Assembly (NCBI RefSeq): GCF_004010195.1
Contig: NC_057720.1
Span: 29,610,125-29,664,546 of the forward strand
Direction: 5' to 3'
Length of the DNA stretch: 54,422 nt
DNA from: Chiloscyllium plagiosum
Taxonomy: Eukaryota
The translations under genes and the position numbers were made by a program. A model generated the notes under the pieces. That model made no database searches. It saw nothing but the letters and a program-made list of their open reading frames with translations, and was not told the origin of the DNA. Position 1 is the first letter of the stretch, and each line of letters begins with the position of its first letter. This document shows, one piece after another, positions 1 through 10,512 of the stretch.

Positions 1-62
1 TGGAAAAGTCCCAGAGGATTGGAAAATGTAACACTTTATATAATAATGGGAGGAGACAAAGG
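1..62 (+). mobile_element. Old CR1-type LINE ORF2 fragment, piece 1 (continues at ~1583-1615, ~4909-5350, ~7826-7895)
   Basis: Reads GKVPEDWK..VT.L...GGRQ; later pieces read G.YRQVTLTS, GKLLESVVNE..KQNQHAFRKG, a degenerate FADD motif and SLQR, in CR1 ORF2 order. Confidence 0.7.
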
Positions 63-74
63 AAGGAGACAAAG

Positions 75-1582
75 ATAGAACAGATAACATTACAGCTCAG
101 TCCAAGCTCTTTGGCCCTTGATGTTGCACCACCCTGTGAAACCAATCTGAAGCATGTCTAACCCACACTATTCTATTCTGGTCCATATGCTATACAATGA
201 CTACTTAAATGCTCATAAAGTTGGTGAGTCTACAACTGTTGCAGGCAGAAGGTTCCACACCCCCTACTACTCTCTGAGTAAAGAAACTACCTCTGTCATC
301 TGTCCTATATCTATCACCCCTCAATTTGAAGTTCTGCCCCCTGGTGCTAGTCATCACCATCCTCGGAAAAAAGCTCTCACTGCCCACCCGGTCTAACCCT
401 CTGATTATCTTATATGTCTCAATTAAGTCACCTCTCAACCTTCTTCTCTCTAACAAAAACAGCCTCAAGTCCCTCAACCTTTCCTTGTAAGACCTTCCCT
501 CCCTCCATACCAGGCAACATCCTAGTAAATCTCCTCTGAATCATTCTAAAGCTTCCACATCCTTCCTTTAATGCGATGACCAGAACTGCATGCAATACTC
601 CAAGTGTGGCCACACCAGAGTTTTGTACAGCTGCAGCATGACCTCATGGTTCCAAAACTTAATTTCTCTAGTAATAAAAGATAACACACCATATGTCTTC
701 TTAACAGCCCTATCAAACTAGATAGCAACTTTGAGAAACCTATATACATGGGCACCGAGATCTCTCTGCTCATCTACACTACCAAGAATCTTATCATTCG
801 CCCAGTATTCTACATTCCTGTTACTCCTTCCACAGTGAATCACCTCACACTTTTCTGCATTAAGCTCCATTTGCCATCTCTCAGCCCAGCTCTGCAGCTT
901 TTCTATGTCCCTCTGTAAACTATAACATCATTTGTCATTATCCACAACCCTAGCAGCCTTAGTGTCATCCACAAATTTACTAATCCATCCTTCTACATCC
1001 TCATCCAGGTTGTTTATAAAAATGACAAACAGCAGTGAACCCAAAACAGATCATTGCAGTAGACCCCTAGTAACTGAACTCCAGGATGAATATTCCCAAT
1101 CAACCACCACCTTCTGTCTTCTTTCAGCTAGCCAATTTCTGAACCAAGCCACTAAGTCGCCCTCAATCCCATGCCTCCATATTTTGTGTAGTAGCCTACC
1201 ATGGGAAACCTTATCAAATGCCTTACTGAAATCTATGTACACCACATCAATGGCTTTACTCTCATCCACCTGTTTGGTCACCTTCTCAAAGAACTCAATA
1301 AGATTTGTGAGGCACAACCTACCCTTCACAAAACTGTGTTGACTATCCCTAATCAATTTATTCCTATTGAGATGATTATAAATCCTCTCTCTTATAACCT
1401 TTTCCAATACTTTACCCACAACTGAAGTAAGGCTCACTGGGCTATAATTACAAGAGTTATCTCTATTCATTTTCTTGAAAAGGGAACAACATTTGCTATC
1501 CTCCAGTACTATTCCTGTAGATAATGACAACATAAACATCAAAGCCAAAGGCTTGGCAATTTCCTCCCTCGCTTCCCAGAGA
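75..1582 (-). mobile_element. CR1 LINE, 5'-truncated (RT to 3' UTR, TGTTCTA-type tail)
   Basis: ORFs 1051-1599 (NYSPVSLTSVVGK, DFSKAFDKV) and 205-477 (LERRRLRGDLIETYK..FFTQRVV); frameshifts and stops present. Confidence 0.95.
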
Positions 1583-2696
1583 CAGGTAAGTACAGACAAG
1601 TTACCTTAACATCTCTTACTGGGTATAATCCATCAAGGAGATAGTCTAGATCCTAACTTTTATATTATTTAAAGACAACCCTGTTTCCTGAACTCGATTG
1701 AACAATTCCAATAGATGCTCCAAGTGTTTCTTCCAGGGGTATGACGAAAAATCGCTAAATTGTCTTGGAATACCACATATTTGGGTTATGAAATGAATTT
1801 ATTGGTTAGTCTTTGAAATGTAGCTGGTGCATTTTTCATGCCAAATGGCATAACTTTAACTGGTAAGCTTTGTTTGATTTCATGAAAGCCAAAATTTCTT
1901 TCGCGCTCTCGGCTGAAGGTTCCTGCCATCCTCTCAGTTAGTCCAGAGTTGAAATAAAAATTCCTTACCCAATATAGTCTTCCAGCCGTGAAACAGGATT
2001 TTAATCAGATTTTATAACTGAATTGACTTTGCGGTAACCAACACATAGACATTGGATACCATCTGGTTTTGGCATCATCACTATGGGGGAATTCCATTCA
2101 TTGCAAATCACTTCAATTATATTTCTTTGAGCATGGTTTCAATCTCTTTCTGTGCCAATTTTAGAGGGTTAAGCCTATAAGGATGTTGCTTCATTAGAAC
2201 AGTATTTACTATATCTTCATTATGTGTCATCATATTAGTACTTCCCAGCTTATACCCTCATCTCTTTCCATGTGATTGCAATAACTCTTTTCAGTTATTT
2301 AAATTTTCCTCTAGAAGGTAACTCAATCATTTATCCTAATTTTTGAGAACTTCATCATTACCCAATATAATTTGAGGAATATCAAATTCAAATTTATCTG
2401 GATTTGGCTATCTCCAAGATGTAACCTTTACCACATTCTCCTTTTGCTTTCTTTCCATATCAAAATAACATTTGAACATATTCACGTGGCACACTGTGAG
2501 TTTTTCTTCTATCTGGCTTTCTTATGATTCATCTCACTCAATCTCCTTTTGATTTGATAAGGCCCACTAAACCTTGCTTTTAAAGGTTCACCGATCACTG
2601 GTAGTATTACTAATACTTTATCTCCACTAAGAAAATTATGAATTTTTGATTTTTGTCGGCTTCCTGTTTCATCACATGCTGTGCTACTTTTAAAAG

Positions 2697-3354
2697 ATAG
2701 GCAAAAGTGAGGACTACAGATGCTGGAAACCAGAGTTCAGATTAGAGTGGTACTCGAAAAGCACAGCAGGTCAGGCAGCATCCGAGGAGTAGGAAAATCG
2801 GCGTTTCACGCAAAAGCCCTTCATCAGGAATGGAGGCTCTCCACCCTGGAGGCTCCTTGCCTCCATTCCCGATGAAGGGCTTTTGCACGAAACATCGATT
2901 TTCCTGCTCCTCGGATGCTGCCTGACCTGCTGTGCTTTTCGAGTACCACTCTAATCTGAACTCTGATGTCCAGCATCTATAGTCCTCACTTTTGCCTAGT
3001 TGATTTTAACCTTACTGCGAATCCTCTTGCAAGGATGCCTACCTTGAAGACGTTCTCCTCCTCTCTCCACAAGAATCTCAGCGAGTCTCTCTCTCTCACT
3101 GCAACCCCCAGGTCATCTCCTCTGCCCTGAAGCTTTTCAACCATGTCCTGAAACAGATTCACTACCACAGCCACATTTGCTTTCTCAGTGCCTGCCTCCG
3201 TGACCAAATGATCCCACATGGACTCCGGACTACAGTGAAACCAGCACAGTTCGGATCCGAACAGGACAACCAGTACAGACTACAGATTCAAAGCCACCAG
3301 CAACGGTTCTCCTTCAGGATCCTCCGCTCCATGCTCACAGCAATGTGCCGGCAC
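2697..3354 (+). mobile_element. Penelope-like element family A: inverted pLTR pair plus 5' end of the ORF, 13-bp TSD
   Basis: Arms ~2698-2837 and ~2859-2998; LFNHVLKQIHYHSHICFLSACLRDQMIPHGL matches the PLE N-terminal H-x-x-F-L-x-x-C..IP-x-GL pattern; TSD ctacttttaaaag at 2684-2696 and 3355-3367. Confidence 0.85.
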
Positions 3355-3633
3355 CTACTTTTAAAAGCTGTCTAGCCAGCTCACCTGCTCTATTTAATCT
3401 TTCCCTAAAATTTGACACATAGTCCAAATAAAAGTCCTGATGAGGAAATGGAGACGATGATGTATTCAGGCAGATGTAAAATGAGCAGAAGTTCATCAAG
3501 TTGTGTTACCGGTTGCATTAGGAGGTCACTTCAACTTCCTTCACTTTGTTCTCTGATTTCTCCTCCTGTTTAAACCTGTGGCTTTGTGACCTTATACTCA
3601 CACTGTCAGGAAAAACATCCCAGGATATTTTTT

Positions 3634-3935
3634 TTAGATTAGATTCCCTACAGTGTGGAAACAGGCCCTTCAGCCCAACCAGTCCACACCAACCCTCCAA
3701 AGAGTAACCTACTCAGACCCATTTCCCTCTAACCAATGTACCTAACACTATGGGCAATTTAGCATGGCCAATTCACCTGGCCTGTGGGAGGAAACCGGAG
3801 CACCCGGAGAAAACCCATGCAGACACTGGGAGAATGTGCAAACCCCACACAGACAGTCACCCAAGGCTGGAATTGAACCTAGGACCCTGGTGCTGTGAGG
3901 CAGCAGTGCTAACCACTGAGCCCTCACCATTGCCC
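3634..3935 (-). mobile_element. HE1-type V-SINE
   Basis: tRNA A/B boxes (ggctcagtggttagc, ggttcaattcc), V-domain tggccatgctaaattgccc, CR1-like 3' tail ending (aatct)n. Confidence 0.9.
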
Positions 3936-4260
3936 CTAATTTAAGCTGTTTCATTTGCAATTGAATTCCAATGGTTCTGAATGTATTCTTGGCAATTGTA
4001 AGTATAAATTGTAAATGCTGCCATTCTGTCCCCTTTCCTCACAGACACAGCCAACTCCAATTTCAGCTGGTTTGCCAATTCCAAAAGTTTTGCCTTGCTG
4101 ACTTCCTGAAAAATACCCAAAGTAACCTTTTCCACCCCCAGGAAACTCACAGTGACTGAAAGAACCCCAATTACACAACGTATACTCAATTTCAACCAAC
4201 TAAATGTAATACGCCTGAAAAGAAAACACCAATTCTCAAAACTGGAATTAGAGATTTTGA

Positions 4261-4281
4261 TCATGCCAAGAGCTCCCAATT
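4261..4281 (-). promoter_or_regulatory. Degenerate primer-binding site, tRNA-Pro-like
   Basis: Minus strand TGGGAGCTCTTGGCATGA immediately after the LTR end resembles the TGGGGGCTCGTCCGGGAT Pro PBS, with several mismatches. Confidence 0.5.
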
Positions 4282-4908
4282 TGTTATGGACCAGACCAAT
4301 TCTCTCCTCAAATATACTATATTAAGGATATATCCTTGACCCTAACATTTTTCTAATTTGAAGGCAAGTGTATAGTATTGTGTACCACGTGCAATTTGAT
4401 TGGTCACACTACTTGGCTTTAAGCAAAACTTTCCATATAGTTAAAATACAAACAAAAGAAAGGAGAATTGGCATAACTTTAAATCATTTAGAAAACTTCA
4501 CAAAATAATTGATTATTATTACTATGAAACAGCAACTGTTCCAATATACTAACGTCCATAACCACACTCTTGGCAAAAGCAAAGTCAGTAAAATAGATGG
4601 TTGCACATGTAATTATTGCAGCAGAGACCACTCCAACTTTTAGCTATAACAGAAAGAAAGATGTTACAGTGTCCACAGCCAACTTCAAATCTCCAGCAAT
4701 TACGGAAAGCTAAATTAAATCCTTGGTTCTGTAGGAGCCTGACTCCACCCATTTATGGCGCTTCTATTGTTCCTAACTTTCAAAAATACTCAAGGCCTCT
4801 TAAGCTGTTTACTTTATTGGCTTGGGAAAAACCACTCAGCACCTCTGTCTCAACCTCTCTTCATAAAAAAAAACTTGGATAAAATATACCTCCTAAAGCC
4901 ATGGTATT

Positions 4909-5350
4909 GTCGTTCTGGGAAATTGTTAGAATCTGTTGTAAATGAGGTAACAATAGAACAATATCAAAATACTGCAATCAAGCAGAATCAGCATGCCTTC
5001 AGGAAAGGGGAAATCATGCCTGACAAATTTACTAGAATTAATTGAGGAAGTAACAAGTAGTGTAGATAAAGCAGCAGCAGTGTATGTAACATATTTGGAT
5101 TTTTAGAATAAGATGCCACACATTAGTGTACTTAATAGGATAAGAGGAAATGGTGTTGGGGGTAGTATATTGCAAGGATAGGGGATTGGCTAATGAATAG
5201 AAGTTAGGAAAAGTGATGGGGGAGCTTTTCGGGGTGGTTACCTGTAACTAGTGATGTGGCAAAGGGATCAGTGCTGGGGCCACAATTATTTACAAAATAT
5301 ATTATTGACATGGATCAGGAAAGTAAATGTATTACAGCCACGTTTACAGA
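4909..5350 (+). mobile_element. Old CR1-type LINE RT fragment (continuation of 1-62)
   Basis: GKLLESVVNEVTIE..AIKQNQHAFRKG and GSVLGPQLF motifs. Confidence 0.8.
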
Positions 5351-6410
5351 TTACATAAGAATAGTTATAAATACATTAAGAACAAAAGGGTAACTAGGGA
5401 GAGAATAAGACCCCTCAAAGATCAACAAGGCAGCCTGTGTGTGGAACAGCAGGAGATGGGGAAGATACTAAATGAGTATTTTGCATCAGTGTTTACTGCG
5501 GAGAAGGACATGGAAGATATAGAATGTGGGGAAATAGATGGTGAAATCTTGAAAAATGTCCATATTACAGAGGGGGAAGTGTCTTTAAGCACATAAAGGT
5601 GGCTAAAAGCCCAGGACCTAATCAGGTGTACCCTAGAATTCTGTGGGAAGCTAGGGAGCTGATTGCTAGACCCCTTGATGAGATATTTGGATCATCCATA
5701 GTCGCAGATGAGGTTCCAGAAGACTGGAGGATGGTTAATGTGGTATCACTATTTAAGAAAGGTGGTAAGGAAAATCCAGGGAACTATAGAACGGTGAGCC
5801 TAACATTGGCGGTGGGAGAATTGTTGGAGAGAATCCTGTGGGATAGAATTTACGTGTATTTGGATAAGCAAGGACTGATTATGGATAGTAAGTACGGCTT
5901 TGTGCATGGGAAATCACGTCTCACGAATTTGATTGAGTTTTTTGAAGAACTAACAAACAGGATTGATGAGGGCAGAGTGGTGAGCATGATCTGTATGGAT
6001 TTCAGTAAGGTGTTCAACAAGGTTCCTCATGGCAGACTAGTTAGCAACGTTAGATGACATGGAAGACAGGGAGAATTAATTTGGTTACAGAACTGACTCA
6101 AAAGTAGAAGACAGAGAGTGATGGTGAAGGGTTGTTTTTCAGACTGGAAGCCTGTGACCAGTGGTGTGCCACAAGGATCGGTGTTGGCCCACTACGTTTT
6201 GACATTTAGATAAATGATTTGCATGTGAATATAGGGGACATAGTTAGTAAGTTTGCAGATGACACCAAAATTGTAGCGGACAGTGAAGAAGATTACCTCA
6301 GAGTACAACAGGACCTTGATCACAAGGGACAGTGGGCCAAGGAGTGGCAGATATGAGGTGCTGCATTTTGAAATGGCAAATCAGAGAAGACTTATACACT
6401 TCATAGTAAG

Positions 6411-6957
6411 GCGAAAGTGAGTACTGCAGGTGCTGGAGATTTGAGTCAAGATTAGAGTGCTGCTGGAAAAGCACAGCAAGTCAGGCAGCATCTGGGGAGC
6501 AGGAAAATCGATGTTTCAGGCAAATGCCCTTCAGCAGAAATGAGGCTGGGAGCCTCGGAGGTGGAGAGATAAATGATGCCTGGAGGAAGAATGCATCATA
6601 TTCCGCCTTGAGACCCTTCAACCCCATGGCATTAATGTGGACTTCACCAGTTTCCTTATTTACCCTCCCCCTACCTTACCCCAGTTCCAACTTTCCAGCT
6701 CAGCACCATCCTCACGACCTGTCTCATCTGTCAATCTTCCTTCCCACCTATCCGATCCACCCTCCTCTATGACCTATCATTTCTGCCCCCACCACTTATA
6801 GCAATCTCAGCTACCTTCCCCAGCCCCACCCCCCTCCCATTTATCTCTCCACTCCCTCTCCCAGCCTCATTCCTGATGAAGGGCTTTTGCCCAAAATGTC
6901 AATTTTTCTGCTCCTCGGATGCTGCCTGACCTGTTGTGCTTTTCCAGCAGCACTCTG
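6411..6957 (+). mobile_element. PLE family A: antisense pLTR + GIY-YIG C-terminus + sense pLTR
   Basis: LEEECIIFRLETLQPHGINVDFTSF; arms ~6454-6575 and ~6838-6956; flanked by tagtaag (6404-6410) and tggtaag (6958-6964) within CR1. Confidence 0.85.
6869..6904 (+). ncRNA. Hammerhead ribozyme motif, CpG-decayed
   Basis: attc CTGATGA a GGGC tttt GCCC AAAAT GTC aatt; GAAAC has become AAAAT. Confidence 0.65.
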
Positions 6958-7550
6958 TGGTAAGATCCTCAGGAGTGTTACTGAGCAAAGAGAACTTGGA
7001 GTGTAGGTTCATAGTTCCTTGAAAGTGGAGTCACAGGTAGATAGGATAGTGAAGAAGGTGTTTCGTATGCTTCTCTTTATTGGCCAGAGCATTGAGTATA
7101 GGAGTTGGGAAGTCATGTTGCAGCTGAAAAGGAAATTGATTGTGCCACTTTTGGAATATTGTGTGCAATTCTCATCTCCCTGCTATAGGAAGGATGTTGT
7201 GAAACTTGAAAGAGTTCAGAAAAGATTTACACAGATATTGCCAGGGTTGGAGGGTTTGAGCTATAGGGAGAGGCTGAATAGGCTGGGGCTGTTTTCCCTG
7301 GAGCGTCAGAGGCTGAGGGGTGACCTTATAGAGGTTTATAAAATCATGAGGGCATGAATAAGGTAAATAGACAAGATGTTTTTCATGGGTTGGGGAATTC
7401 CAGAACTAGAGGGCGTAGGTATAGGGTGAAAGGGAAAAGATTTAAAAAGAACCTAAGGGACAATTTTTTCATGCAGAGGGTGGTGTGTGTATGCAATGAG
7501 CTGCCAGAGGAAATGGTGGAGGCTGGTGCAATTACAACATTTAAAAGGAA

Positions 7551-7681
7551 TGGGCCACTGTTCTACAAGCAAATGAAAGCCCAATTCCAAGTATTCTTAG
7601 TTACACCTTTAAATAGCATTTCCACATTCTACCACTGGAATTGACATGGGGAATCCAAATGCCAGTCCCATCAGTTTATGG
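7551..7681 (+). repeat. Local duplicate of 8993-9113 inserted in a CR1 3' end
   Basis: tgggccactgttctacaagcaa..cccatcagtttatgg occurs twice, with a few substitutions and one 10-bp indel. Confidence 0.9.
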
Positions 7682-7904
7682 GTATATGAATAGGAATAGT
7701 TTAGAGAGATATAGGCCAAGTGGTGGAAAATGGGACTAGATTAATTTCGGATATCTGGTCAGAATGGACGAGTTGGACCAAAGGGTCTGTTTCCGTGCTG
7801 TACATCTCTCTGACTCTATGACTGTATGAGGTAGAAAAGGAAGTGGTGAAGATCACACAAAGAGTCTGCAGAGGGCTATATAAAATTAAGTTAGTTGCAA
7901 AAGC

Positions 7905-8270
7905 ATGGCTCACTGCAAATCACATCCTGTTTGCTGACCTGCATTGGCTGCCAGTCCAACAACACCTTGACATTATTTTTTTATCCTTGTTTCACCATTG
8001 CTCTGCAGCCTTATCCAGGCCCCGGCACATTGTCTGTTTTCGTCAGTCCAATAGTGACAGACATGGCTTCAGTTTTTTGGCTCGCATTCCATCCCTAAGC
8101 GATTTGGCCCCTCGATGTTGCTCCTCTTCTAAACGCTCCTTAAAACTTACTTCTATGAAGGTTTTTGTTATGTACTCAGCTATATCTATATGGCATGATG
8201 CTTGGTAATGTTGGGACGGAGCAACTTTTGATGTATGCCAAGGTGTTATATAAATGCAGTCTGTTGTTAT
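7905..8270 (+). mobile_element. L2 LINE 3' end
   Basis: HILFADLHWLPVQQHLD resembles the L2 ORF2 C-terminal LHWLPV motif; tail gtgttatataaatgcagtctgttgtt. Confidence 0.75.
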
Positions 8271-9111
8271 AATGTGTCACAGGTGTACTTTATGTTAACA
8301 TGAAACAGGTTCTATCAAATCTTTAATGTTTTTTTTCTTCTGTTTAGTCTGTAAAATGACATTGGAAAATTAGACCACGAGGATTCATGCCACACTTATA
8401 TTGCTACCAGTCTGAAACCAGTGACTGCAGGATCGATCCCCAAAAGGTGGTAAATCATTCAAATTGCCTTATGCCAGGTGCAGTTCTCATATTAAGGGGA
8501 ATGTTTCCCACATTAATGCCATTGTATGAGCACAGCCATCAACTCCCAGTTAAAATTTAAATGTTTAGAGAAGGTAAAAAAATATTGAAAGGTTTTGGTA
8601 GAGTAAATAAGAAGGAAGTGTTTGCACTTACAGTAGGATTGGCACCTCAAGGACATGGATTTATAATAATTATCAAAAGAAAATGAGGGCAATTTAATTT
8701 TTATTTGAATGTATTGTTCTGTTATGTTCTGGAATGCAATGCCTGACCAGGATTCAAAACTAACTTTCAAACGGGAAATAGAATTGCGATAGATTGAAGA
8801 ATATGGAAGGAATCACAAAGGATTGGAGAAAAGGAAGAGAGTGAGGTTAACTGGACAGTTCTTTGAATAATGGACTAATGATCTCCTTCAGTGCTCTACA
8901 GTAAGACTGAATGCGCCATTGAGAAGCATTGAGTCTGATTTTCATCCAGGCAGATATTTAGAATGATTCTGTTGAACCACAGTAGGGAGTACTGGGCCAC
9001 TGTTCTACAAGCAAGTGAAAGCCCAATTCCAAGTATTCTTAGTTACACCTTTTCCACATTCTACCACCAGAATTGACCTGGGGAATCCCAATGCCAATCC
9101 CATCAGTTTAT

Positions 9112-9439
9112 GGCTGGCGTGGTGGCTCAGTGGTTACCACTGCTGCCTCACAGCAGCAGGGACCTGGGTTTGATTCCTGCCTTGGGTGATTGTCTAGGTG
9201 GAGTTTGCACATTCTCCCCGTGTCTGTGTGGGTTTTCTCTGGGTGCTCCGGTTTCCTTCCACAATCAAAAGATGTGCAGGTTAGGTGAATTGGCCATGCT
9301 AAATTGCCCATGGTGATACGTGCATTAGTCAGGGATAAATATAGGGTAGGGGAATGGGTCTGGATGGGTTACTGTTTGGAGGGTCGGTGTGGACATGTTG
9401 GGCTGAAGGGCCTGTTTCCATTCTGTAGGGAATCTAATC
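9112..9439 (+). mobile_element. HE1-type V-SINE
   Basis: gtggctcagtggtt / gggtttgattcc boxes, V-domain, tail aatctaatc. Confidence 0.9.
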
Positions 9440-9589
9440 ACTGCAGAATTGGAGGCCAAAGTTTTACTGTTAAATTAGTGACACATTCAGGCACCCTGGT
9501 GACAAATGGGGTCAATCAGAAACTGTAATTATTCTGTGATTATGTTTATTCATCTATATTACTGTTTAGTTTCATATCAGAATAGCAAG

Positions 9590-9858
9590 TCTAAGGTGAG
9601 AGGGGAAATATTTACAAGAGGCCTAAAGGGACAACATTTTCATGCAGAGGGTGGTGCGTGTATGGGATGAGCTGCCAGAACAAGTGGTGGAGGCTGGTAC
9701 ATTTACAACATTTAAAAGGCATCTGGATGGGTGTATGAATAGGAAGGGTGTAGAGGGATATGGGCCAAGTGCTGGCAAATGGGATTAGATTGACTTAGGA
9801 AATCTGGTCGGTATGGATGAGTTGGAGCAAAGGCTCTGTTTCCATGCTCTATGACTCT
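9590..9858 (+). mobile_element. CR1 3' end
   Basis: Same 3' coding end and UTR as 7420-7826, ending ctctatgactcta. Confidence 0.85.
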
Positions 9859-10157
9859 AAATATCAACAAAGAGTCTGGATGAAATGAATGTGGAATGTA
9901 GAGACTGGAGTATGTATGAACCATAGTCACTAGTTAAACTGACAATCTCAGCGAAGTTTGACATTTTAACATATTTACTTTAATGTTTTAATTTGGTAAA
10001 TGTAATGTTGCAAAGAACAATCTTCATATTACTTCCTTTGAGTGCTGAGATTTTGCTCATAAGAAAGATTTTGATTCACTCCGGGCTGCAATGTGCAAGG
10101 GCAGAAGTGCCATATTGATGCCAACAATAGAAATATAGCTTGCTTTCCAATATATCC

Positions 10158-10512
10158 AGGTGCTGCAATGGCCTACTGATATTATCTCTGGACTGTTAAT
10201 CCAGAGACCCAGATAACATTCTGGGGACCTGGGTTAGAAGCCTACCATGCAGATGATGGAAGTTGAATCAATAAATATCTGGAATTAGGAAATCTAGTTA
10301 TGACTATGAATCCATTGCTGATTATTGGAAAAAGCTATCTGGCTCACTAGTATCCTTGAAAAAAGGAAACTGCCATCTTTACATTGTCTGTCCTACATGT
10401 GACTCCAGCCCCACAGCAATCTTGACTCTTAATTGCCCTCTGGGCAATTAGGGATGGGCAATAAATGCTGCCTAGCCAGCAATGCCCTCATCCTGTGAAT
10501 GAATAAAGGAAA
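10158..10512 (+). mobile_element. tRNA-derived SINE (second family) with LINE-derived tail
   Basis: B-box-like ctgggttagaagcc; body tctggctcactagtatcctt..acatgtgactccag; tail gggcaataaatgctg..tgaatgaataaa shared with 19340-19548, 22662-22997 and 26980-27040. Confidence 0.75.

Larger units (their letters stand above)
1616..4908 (-). mobile_element. Decayed Gypsy (Ty3) LTR retrotransposon: 5' LTR ~4282-4908, gag ~3940-4170, RT ~1680-2250; internally deleted
   Basis: Minus strand reads EWNSPIVMMPKPDGIQCLCVGYRKVNS and KVMPFGMKNAPATFQRLT; gag-like FLGVEKVTL..KAKLLELANQL; LTR ends ..CATAACA followed by a PBS-like sequence. Confidence 0.85.
5351..7826 (+). mobile_element. CR1 (HER1-type) LINE, 5'-truncated, with a PLE insert and a templated insert
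   Basis: ORFs 5327-5596, 5599-6057, 7019-7357; KFADDTK near 6250; tail ctctatgactgtatga. Confidence 0.95.

Noticed and set aside
8349..8452. Possible exon (polypyrimidine tract + AG at 8348, GT donors near 8447-8450)
   Set aside because: Stops in all three frames and no partner exon; a non-coding exon cannot be supported without RNA data.
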